A model generated the notes under the pieces. That model was given only the letters and a program-made list of their open reading frames with translations. It was not told the origin of the DNA and searched no databases. From contig CAZPEQ010000001.1 in the NCBI GenBank assembly GCA_964585605.1, positions 1 to 26,490 of the forward strand: DNA of 26,490 bases, read 5' to 3'. Below are positions 8,356 through 15,183 of this stretch, one piece after another. This DNA is from an uncultured Weeksellaceae bacterium (GTDB taxonomy: Bacteria > Bacteroidota > Bacteroidia > Flavobacteriales_F > PHOS-HE28). The translations under genes were made by a program, and so were the position numbers. The first letter of the stretch is position 1, and each line of letters starts with the position of its first letter.

Positions 8356-10800
8356 TTAATCTTGCTGGCTTTTTTCAGCTTCGTCTCCTTTCTTCCGCTT
8401 CCGACGGCCGTAACCGTAGCCGTAACCATAGCCATACCCGTAGCCACTGCCGTAACCATAAGCATAGCGGTATCCATAACCGTAGTTGGTATTGTAATAG
8501 TATTTTGATTTCTTGATGCGCACCCCGTTCAGTATAAAGCCAAAGTTCTGCACCGGGTTTTGCTCAAACACTTCTAGGGCATTCTTCAAATGATCCTTGC
8601 TGGCGAAACGCGTATTGAGAACGAACATGGTCGCATCAGCATGTTTCATCATGATCAACGCGTCTGTTATCAAACCTACAGGAGGGGTATCGATGATCAC
8701 GTAATCATACACTCCCACGCCGTACTCGAATATTTCCTCTAAGTGCTTACTCAAAACCAATTCAGACGCATTCGGGGGAGTTGGTCCTGACAACATCACA
8801 TCGAAATTCTCAATATGTGTGTTTTGGATACCACTTTCGATAGAAGCCTTACCGACCAGAATACTGCTTAGCCCTTTTTCAGCCGTCATATTCAACCCTT
8901 TACTCACCTTGGGCTTATGTAAGTCTAACTCAAGCAACAAGACCTTCTTTCCTGCTTTAGCAAGGATGGCACTTAGGTTTACTGAACAGAAGGTTTTTCC
9001 TTCATTCGGTCTATAGGAGGTTACGAGTACCACCTTTCCACGCGACCGATCGGTTGGGATATACTCCAAATTTGTGCGGATCGTCCTGAAGGATTCTGTA
9101 ATGGCGGCCTTGGGGTCACTGTCCACAACAATGTAATTCTGCTCAGCTTTTTCAGAGGCTATCACTTCTCCAAACAACGGCACATTTGACAGTTCTTTCA
9201 ACTGATCGCCATTCTCAATCCGCTCATAGAACATGACCCGAATGAAAATAAAGATGAGTGATAGAAGCAAACCTCCTATTGCAAACGTGTAGATGATTTT
9301 TACGCGATCCGGTCTTACCACACCAACAGAACGTGCAGATTCGATCACTTTCGTCTGTGGAATGATACCTGCTCGTGCAATGACTGTATTCGCACGCTTC
9401 TCAAGTAGAAATAGGTACAACCGCTCATTCACCTGCACCTTACGCTGTATCTCTAAGATATCACGTTGTGATTTAGGCACTCTTCGAATCAGTCCCTCAT
9501 AATCAGATATCTGTCCAATTAAGTCACCGATCTTCGCATTAATGGCAATTCTAGAATTGTTGATATACACCAACAAATTGGTCTTATTAAGATCCAATGT
9601 TTCGTCCAGCACATGAATAGCTGGGTTCTCTTCCTTCGCATCGAACAACAGCCGATTACGCTCCAATTGCATAGCGTACAGGTCATTCAACGTTGTCTTC
9701 AGGAACACGTCGTCGTCGAGGATATAGGCTGAAGGTGGTAACAACTTTTCATCCACGTTATTGGTCAAGTATTCTTCCAACGAATTGAGCGAGGCTATTT
9801 TTAGTTCTTCCCTACGCTTCTCGTTATCAAAACGCACGAGTTCTCCAAAGTACCGGTTCTCCTCTCGGTCTAGGTCGAGGATATCCTCGCTCTCTTTGTA
9901 TGACTGCAATTCATCTTCAAAATCATTCAAGATGATACTGACCTCATCGATCTGTTTGTTGATATAGACCAAGGTATTTTCGTTGATATCGAACTCACTC
10001 TGCAAAGTGTAGTCGATGTAAACCTTGGAGAGCGAATCCAGAAAAGTCTTCGCCCTGCTCGCAAGCTCATCTTCAACGGTAATTTCAAGGATAGTTGTAT
10101 AGTCTATGTTCTCCACAAGCAACCGCTGCTTGAATTTATTCACTAGCCATCCGCGGTTATGCGCGACGAACTGGTAGTCCGCTTTGGACAGCTCTTCCAT
10201 CGTAGAGGGAGAGATCTGCTCGCTTGGGGTCACCCTCAGTTTAAAGTCCCTTTCTACTATGTCTTGGTTAAACGGATAAACTTTATTGATCACGCCATTC
10301 CCTTTGTCATAACTCAACTCGAAATGATTCACATCCTTTATTTTCAGGTCGAATGGCTTCTGGTACAAGCCGCCATTCAGTCGCTCTACTTGAACTTTGA
10401 AGGGCAAGGATGAATTTTTCTCCTCATACATCTCGGTCGTTTTGAACCGACCGATGTTGTAATAAGCCACATCAAAATTCAGTTTGGCCAACGTAGCCCC
10501 GATAAGGTCATGGCTGGTTAGCACCCTTTTTTGGTTAACGATATCGCCATAAGCACCGATATAACCAATGTTCTGATAAACTTGGCTCTGGTAATTATAC
10601 GTATCTCTATCCTTCAACAGAATCTGAGTGCGAGCACCGTAAACCTCAGGAAGTTTATAGGAATACAACAGACTTAGCACAATGGCCAATATGATCGCAA
10701 TGACCACGAAATACCAATTTTTCGAAAAAATCCGAAAAAAGTACCTCAGGTCACCTGCATCTATGATCGCGCCTTTGGAGCGGTTACTTTTCTTTGCCAT
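8356..10800 (-). CDS. wzc: Wzc-type polysaccharide co-polymerase / BY tyrosine kinase (814 aa)
   Basis: Two TM segments (WYFVVIAIILAIVLSLLY; IIYTFAIGGLLLSLIFIFI) flank a coiled-coil periplasmic region. Also ESFRTIRTNL, Walker A TSYRPNEGKT, Walker A' LELDLHKP, Walker B VIIDTPP and a C-terminal Tyr cluster. Start moved to ATG 10800 (MAKKSN) because the track's TTG at 10848 falls inside a -7 promoter box. Confidence 0.93.
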   Translation of the reverse strand: MAKKSNRSKGAIIDAGDLRYFFRIFSKNWYFVVIAIILAIVLSLLYSYKLPEVYGARTQILLKDRDTYNYQSQVYQNIGYIGAYGDIVNQKRVLTSHDLIGATLAKLNFDVAYYNIGRFKTTEMYEEKNSSLPFKVQVERLNGGLYQKPFDLKIKDVNHFELSYDKGNGVINKVYPFNQDIVERDFKLRVTPSEQISPSTMEELSKADYQFVAHNRGWLVNKFKQRLLVENIDYTTILEITVEDELASRAKTFLDSLSKVYIDYTLQSEFDINENTLVYINKQIDEVSIILNDFEDELQSYKESEDILDLDREENRYFGELVRFDNEKRREELKIASLNSLEEYLTNNVDEKLLPPSAYILDDDVFLKTTLNDLYAMQLERNRLLFDAKEENPAIHVLDETLDLNKTNLLVYINNSRIAINAKIGDLIGQISDYEGLIRRVPKSQRDILEIQRKVQVNERLYLFLLEKRANTVIARAGIIPQTKVIESARSVGVVRPDRVKIIYTFAIGGLLLSLIFIFIRVMFYERIENGDQLKELSNVPLFGEVIASEKAEQNYIVVDSDPKAAITESFRTIRTNLEYIPTDRSRGKVVLVTSYRPNEGKTFCSVNLSAILAKAGKKVLLLELDLHKPKVSKGLNMTAEKGLSSILVGKASIESGIQNTHIENFDVMLSGPTPPNASELVLSKHLEEIFEYGVGVYDYVIIDTPPVGLITDALIMMKHADATMFVLNTRFASKDHLKNALEVFEQNPVQNFGFILNGVRIKKSKYYYNTNYGYGYRYAYGYGSGYGYGYGYGYGYGRRKRKKGDEAEKSQQD
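8407..8502 (-). repeat. (Tyr-Gly)n low-complexity tail of Wzc
   Basis: Encodes YYYNTNYGYGYRYAYGYGSGYGYGYGYGYGYG, 15 Tyr in 32 codons. The DNA is an imperfect 6-bp repeat (TAY GGN). Confidence 0.95.
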
Positions 10801-10845
10801 GCAGTTGAAAAGAAAGCCGAGCTCATAGTAGAACCCGGCAGCGTG

Positions 10846-10853
10846 CAAATATA
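10846..10853 (-). promoter_or_regulatory. Bacteroidetes -7 box (TATATTTG) for the wzc-wzm-wzt-sulfotransferase operon
   Basis: Plus-strand CAAATATA is an exact TAnnTTTG on the minus strand, 45 bp upstream of ATG 10800. Confidence 0.6.
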
Positions 10854-10943
10854 CGTTTCTTCATATGTTTTGCCCCTAAAGTGACCCTTGAATGGAATCT
10901 TCGTCTTAAACTTGTTTCCAACCTACAGATGAAATGGCGAATT

Positions 10944-10981
10944 TGTAGAAATTCCAACCTTGCTTCAGCAAAATTTCTACA
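10944..10981. repeat. Perfect 10-bp inverted repeat (TGTAGAAATT-N18-AATTTCTACA); candidate operator
   Basis: Arms at 10944-10953 and 10972-10981. The right arm overlaps the -7 box at 10978-10985. Confidence 0.55.
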
Positions 10982-10985
10982 TTTG
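10978..10985 (+). promoter_or_regulatory. Bacteroidetes -7 box (TACATTTG) for the PID-CTERM/exosortase cassette
   Basis: Exact TAnnTTTG 18 bp upstream of ATG 11004, which supports that start over the track's 10881. Confidence 0.65.
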
Positions 10986-11003
10986 CCCCCTGAGTGCGCT
11001 AAC

Positions 11004-11225
11004 ATGAACAGGAAAAGTAAGCTTTTAGCTTTAGTAGCAATGCTAATAGCTCCTGCTACGTACATAGCTACAATGGCCCAAGGAGGCCCTCCTGTAGGAG
11101 GAACACCGCCTTGCTGGCCACCGCCTTGTATACCTATTGATGGGGGATTGGGCTTCTTGCTGGTAGCGGGCGCTGCTTTTGGTGCTAAAAAAGTGATGGA
11201 CCTGAAGAAAGGGTCAACCAAATAG
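11004..11225 (+). CDS. Small secreted protein with a PID-CTERM-type sorting signal (73 aa)
   Basis: MNRKSKLLALVAMLIAPATYIATMA|QGGPPVGGTPPCWPPPCIPIDGG-LGFLLVAGAAFGA-KKVMDLKK: signal peptide, Pro-rich spacer, PIDGG motif, TM helix and basic tail. This is the tripartite PEP-CTERM-like layout, and it lies 8 bp upstream of an exosortase. Confidence 0.85.
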   Translation: MNRKSKLLALVAMLIAPATYIATMAQGGPPVGGTPPCWPPPCIPIDGGLGFLLVAGAAFGAKKVMDLKKGSTK

Positions 11226-11233
11226 GTCTGGAG

Positions 11234-11770
11234 GTGCTCCGTGACCCTCTGTCTAGATTTCTTTTTTACCTAGGAGCGTTCGTGCTCCTCTGGTTTCTAC
11301 TATACAAATTTGTGCTTGACCCGTCGGGTAGATTGGATTTGTGGCTTATTGACAGAATCAAGGCACAATCAGAATGGCTACTTCAGTTTTTAGGTTATCA
11401 GCTACTACCTGAATCATCTAATGTAGAAGGCGACCGCTATATTGGTATACAGGGAGGGCATTACCTGTGGATTGGAAATTCATGCAATGGCCTGAGCATT
11501 TTCGCATACTTCTCTGCTTTTATCTTGGCCTTCCCTGGCAGCTGGAAGCATAAACTGTGGTTCATGCCACTCGGCATTCTCCTTATTCATGGTGTGAACG
11601 TTATTCGAGTGGCCGCGTTGTGCATTGTTGTGAAAGTGGATCCGGATCTGCTGAGTTTAAACCACGACGCCATCTTCTACATCGTCGTATATAGCTTTGT
11701 TATTGGGCTTTGGTTCTGGTGGGTAAAGCAATACGGCAACCTGAAAGCCGAGTTACGCGATGAAACGTAA
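11234..11770 (+). CDS. Exosortase-family protein (Bacteroidetes XrtF/XrtX-like)
   Basis: Multi-TM protein with the exosortase/archaeosortase catalytic pattern: WIGNSCNGL (Cys), VNVIRVAAL (Arg) and NHDAIFY (His). The exact subfamily cannot be assigned without HMMs. Confidence 0.88.
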   Translation: MLRDPLSRFLFYLGAFVLLWFLLYKFVLDPSGRLDLWLIDRIKAQSEWLLQFLGYQLLPESSNVEGDRYIGIQGGHYLWIGNSCNGLSIFAYFSAFILAFPGSWKHKLWFMPLGILLIHGVNVIRVAALCIVVKVDPDLLSLNHDAIFYIVVYSFVIGLWFWWVKQYGNLKAELRDET

Positions 11771-12224
11771 TATTCAATTAGCGGGGTTGTTGATAGCAGG
11801 CTTTTTATTGGGCCACGCTAGGGAGTTTTTAGCGTACAACGTCAATTACCAGATCGATCACGTTTCGCGCAACACCCCTTTTTCGTACGCGCACTCAAAA
11901 TTCCAAGCTGTATTCGGCTCATTGAACATAACTCAACTTACTGGCCTAAAGTGGTTCATCGCTGGAGTCGTGGTTCTGGGTATGCTGTCGTTGACTGTAA
12001 TATTGGGCCGCGTATTGTTCAACGGTGGCAAATACACTAAAATGTTAGTCGCTGGCTATTCGTTGACCGCATTTACCGCTTTATTACTGCACCTACTGAC
12101 CAATTACAATGAAGGGTTCAAAATGGCAGGGGTACAACTACTACACGCCTTGCAATACCCTGTTTTGATGTTCGTGTTGATATTGGCTTCCCCGCTGGCG
12201 AAGTTCAGTCGACCCACAACCTAA
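11760..12224 (+). CDS. Exosortase-associated 4-TM membrane protein
   Basis: Start overlaps the exosortase 3' end by 11 nt. Four hydrophobic segments, including [16 protein letters not shown]. Small membrane partners commonly follow Bacteroidetes exosortases; function unknown. Confidence 0.7.
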   Translation: MKRNIQLAGLLIAGFLLGHAREFLAYNVNYQIDHVSRNTPFSYAHSKFQAVFGSLNITQLTGLKWFIAGVVVLGMLSLTVILGRVLFNGGKYTKMLVAGYSLTAFTALLLHLLTNYNEGFKMAGVQLLHALQYPVLMFVLILASPLAKFSRPTT

Positions 12225-12229
12225 TTTCG
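12222..12229 (+). promoter_or_regulatory. Possible variant -7 box (TAATTTCG) for glyA
   Basis: One mismatch to TAnnTTTG, 18 bp before the glyA ATG. The same 8-mer recurs upstream of lptD. Confidence 0.35.
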
Positions 12230-12247
12230 CATCCAGAGCAAACAACA

Positions 12248-13522
12248 ATGAGCAGAGACACTACGATTTTCAACCTGATCGAGCAGGAACGACATCGTCA
12301 AACGGTTGGCGTAGAGCTAATTGCATCGGAGAACTACGTTTCTGACCAAGTTATGGAAGCCATGGGTTCCGTGTTAACCAACAAATATGCCGAAGGGCTT
12401 CCCAACAAACGCTATTACGGTGGCTGTCAAATAGTTGACCAAGTGGAGCAACTCGCCATTGATCGAATCAAAGAATTGTTCAATGCCGATTGGGCCAATG
12501 TGCAACCTCATAGCGGTGCGCAGGCGAATGCCGCAGTCATGTTAGGTTTCCTTAACCCGGGAGACACCATTTTAGGCTTTGACCTCAGCCATGGCGGACA
12601 CTTAACCCATGGATCTACGGTGAACTTCAGCGGCAAGTTGTATCGGCCAACCTTCTACGGCGTAGAAAAAGACACGGGGTTGATCGACATGGATCGAGTT
12701 GAGGCCATTGCCAAGCAGGAGAATCCGCGGATGATAATTTGCGGAGCTAGTGCCTATTCCAGAGATTGGGATTATGAACGGTTCCGGAGCATTGCCGATG
12801 AAGTGGGAGCCGTATTGTTAGCCGATATCAGTCATCCCGCAGGGTTGATCGCTGGAGGTATTTTGAAAGACCCTCTTCCGCATTGTCATGTGGTCACAAC
12901 CACAACACATAAAACCTTACGCGGGCCTAGAGGAGGCCTGATCATGGTTGGAAAAGATGGGCAGAACAGTTGGGGCATCAAAACGGCAAAGGGTACTGTG
13001 CGCAAGATATCATCGATACTAGACAGTGCCGTTTTTCCTGGGACTCAAGGAGGACCCTTGGAGCATGTAATAGCAGCCAAAGCCGTGGCGTTTGGAGAAG
13101 CGCTAACACCTGCCTACCGCGCCTATTGTGTACGTGTGATCGCCAATGCACAAGCCATGACCAAGGCATTCGTTGCAAAAGGTTATCACGTGATCAGCGG
13201 TGGAACGGATAACCATTGCATGCTGATTGATCTGCGCAATAAAGGAATCACGGGCAAGGAAGCTGAAACTGCACTTGTGGCGGCAGACTTGACCGTTAAC
13301 AAGAACATGGTTCCGTTCGATGACCAGAGTCCTTTTGTGACAAGCGGTATACGTATTGGAACTCCTGCTATAACCACCCGCGGGGTGAATGAAGCGGAGT
13401 GTGAGCAGATCGTAGATATGATCGACCGTGTTGTGGTAGATCATACGAATGAATCTGCAATAGCGGCCATACGGGAGGAAGCGAACCAATTGATGAAGGA
13501 CAAACCCCTGTTCCTGCCTTGA
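12248..13522 (+). CDS. glyA: Serine hydroxymethyltransferase
   Basis: [41 protein letters not shown] and [14 protein letters not shown] (PLP Lys), plus [17 protein letters not shown] and SGIRIGTPA. Confidence 0.98.
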   Translation: MSRDTTIFNLIEQERHRQTVGVELIASENYVSDQVMEAMGSVLTNKYAEGLPNKRYYGGCQIVDQVEQLAIDRIKELFNADWANVQPHSGAQANAAVMLGFLNPGDTILGFDLSHGGHLTHGSTVNFSGKLYRPTFYGVEKDTGLIDMDRVEAIAKQENPRMIICGASAYSRDWDYERFRSIADEVGAVLLADISHPAGLIAGGILKDPLPHCHVVTTTTHKTLRGPRGGLIMVGKDGQNSWGIKTAKGTVRKISSILDSAVFPGTQGGPLEHVIAAKAVAFGEALTPAYRAYCVRVIANAQAMTKAFVAKGYHVISGGTDNHCMLIDLRNKGITGKEAETALVAADLTVNKNMVPFDDQSPFVTSGIRIGTPAITTRGVNEAECEQIVDMIDRVVVDHTNESAIAAIREEANQLMKDKPLFLP

Positions 13523-13902
13523 GAGACATTGAATCCAGAGAAGACCTCACCCACGTTCTGACCGCATTCTATGCCAGAGCCTTTGAAGATGACCTGATCG
13601 GCCCATTCTTCACGGAGGTGGCGCAACTCGACCTTGACGCACACCTTCCTGTTATCACAGATTTTTGGGAGTCGATACTATTCGGATCCGTCCGTTACCA
13701 AGGCAACGTCATGCACAAGCATTTGGTAATGGATAAAACGAAGATCATGAAGCAGGCCCACTTCGACCGATGGCTAGATCTATTCTCTAATGCGCTAACA
13801 GCGCATCATGCGGGTATGAAAACAGACGAAATGTTGGAGCGCGCAAAACTCATTGCCGTGACAATGGCCTATAAAATCGAAGCTTTTCGGAACACCAACT
13901 GA
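13519..13902 (+). CDS. Group III truncated hemoglobin
   Basis: [38 protein letters not shown] and HFDRWLDLF match the 2/2 hemoglobin group III pattern. TTG start overlaps the glyA stop. Confidence 0.88.
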   Translation: MRDIESREDLTHVLTAFYARAFEDDLIGPFFTEVAQLDLDAHLPVITDFWESILFGSVRYQGNVMHKHLVMDKTKIMKQAHFDRWLDLFSNALTAHHAGMKTDEMLERAKLIAVTMAYKIEAFRNTN

Positions 13903-14686
13903 CCAACTGACCCAGTTTTGCCAATGTCCTCTCCGACATCCAAATGGTGTAGCAAGCCATGAAGGCCAAGGCCATATCGGGAATTTCCACTGCATAAGCT
14001 GTTCCCAAATGGAAGCACACCCCAATCAGCAACACGGCGTTCCTGATTGCTTTGAACCAGATCCCGACAACAAAAAACAACTGAAAGCCTAGTGACACAT
14101 AGGTCAGTATGATTGCTAAAGTGGGTAGCTCTTGTAGAAATCCTAAATGAAAGGTAGGATCTGAAGCCAGCACGGAAAGCGCTTTTCCGCTGAGCCAATC
14201 CTCGCCTTGTAGTTTATGCAGGAACGTGCTTAAATAGACAAGCACCAGCTGCAACCGGGCTGCCCATGATGCGAATTGTCTTATTCTTACATGTTCATTT
14301 TGACGAAGGGAAAGTGGAATGCACCACAACAGCATGATCGCTACCAACTGCTGCCCTCCGGTGCTTACCATCCATCCTCTCGCGATCAAAATCACGTAAG
14401 CGCCCCATATCAGAACCGAGGTCCAGACCATTGGTTTCCGCAAGGCCGAATACCCAGCAGCAGCAATACCACAAAACGGCAGGGCAATCCAAAATCCCAA
14501 AGGCATGCTGTAAGCGAGATCCACCAGCCACGAAATCGGCCCTCCTGAAAACTGTAAGCGCGGTGAAACGGGATCAAACCACAGTTTACCCGAAACGGTC
14601 AAACAATAACTCAAGAACAACGCGGTCCACAAATGCAAGGCCCTAACGAAGAGTTTCTGTGCCTGTATGCTTACCTGAGGAATCAT
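13850..14686 (-). CDS. HTTM-domain membrane protein (SdpB / vitamin K-dependent carboxylase TM-domain homolog)
   Basis: About seven hydrophobic segments. RLQLVLVYLSTFLHKLQGEDWLSGKAL and GVCFHLG follow the HTTM Q...Y......K...W..G and FH pattern. Start overlaps the upstream stop (ATGA). Confidence 0.82.
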   Translation of the reverse strand: MIPQVSIQAQKLFVRALHLWTALFLSYCLTVSGKLWFDPVSPRLQFSGGPISWLVDLAYSMPLGFWIALPFCGIAAAGYSALRKPMVWTSVLIWGAYVILIARGWMVSTGGQQLVAIMLLWCIPLSLRQNEHVRIRQFASWAARLQLVLVYLSTFLHKLQGEDWLSGKALSVLASDPTFHLGFLQELPTLAIILTYVSLGFQLFFVVGIWFKAIRNAVLLIGVCFHLGTAYAVEIPDMALAFMACYTIWMSERTLAKLGQLVSWCSEKLRFYRPLSRQ

Positions 14687-15138
14687 TCCTGATCGAGCGC
14701 ATCAATCCAAAGAACACGCTGACCATCTATTTCATCAAAACAGGTCCTGCGCACGTGAACTTCAGGTCTCTCCTGCTCTGTTAAGGCACGTATGTAATCT
14801 TGAAACCCTGGCCACGCCTTAAGATCAGCTTCTCCTTTGGCAGAGTCACGATAATTAGACATGCTTCTGCACCCCCATTTTACAATACGCCTGCCCAGCA
14901 GATTCTCTCCTTCTGCAAGATCTCGGGTAACACCTTCCTCATCTGTAATCGTCAAAGTGCATCCACATGGCGGAACATCTGGCGCAAATAAATTCCATTG
15001 CTGATGAAATAAGGGTCGTGTATAGCTTGTTGACCAGAACTGTAGCCGTGCAGGAATCAATTCTTGTGGCAAGGCATAACACGCTAAGATCAGCGTATGT
15101 ACCAATGCCAAGATGAACGGCCAATTCTTCTTCCACAT
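14683..15138 (-). CDS. DUF5819-like / SdpA-like small membrane-anchored protein
   Basis: N-terminal hydrophobic segment then YTRPLFHQQWNLFAPDVP. The QxWxLFAP motif is recalled for small partners that precede HTTM genes. Translationally coupled to the HTTM gene. Confidence 0.72.
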   Translation of the reverse strand: MWKKNWPFILALVHTLILACYALPQELIPARLQFWSTSYTRPLFHQQWNLFAPDVPPCGCTLTITDEEGVTRDLAEGENLLGRRIVKWGCRSMSNYRDSAKGEADLKAWPGFQDYIRALTEQERPEVHVRRTCFDEIDGQRVLWIDALDQE

Positions 15139-15183
15139 TCAATCTCCTTTGAGAGTTCGTTCCGCTATGCGACCTTTGCCACA

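Noticed and set aside
8152-8508. Plus-strand 118-aa ORF with a hydrophobic VTVAVTIA repeat
   Set aside because: It is the antisense reading of the Wzc (YG)n tail and the wzm start.
10944-10981. Inverted repeat as a Bacteroides-style invertible capsule promoter
   Set aside because: Only 18 bp lie between the arms, neither -7 box is enclosed, and no recombinase is in the window.
10972-10990. AATTTCTAC resembles the 5' end of a Cas12a CRISPR repeat
   Set aside because: Single copy, the matching GTAGAT stem does not follow, there is no repeat-spacer periodicity and no cas gene. Better explained as an inverted-repeat arm overlapping a promoter.
10881-11003. 41-aa N-terminal extension of the PID-CTERM ORF in the track
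   Set aside because: It runs through the promoter region. ATG 11004 follows a perfect -7 box and begins a clean signal peptide.
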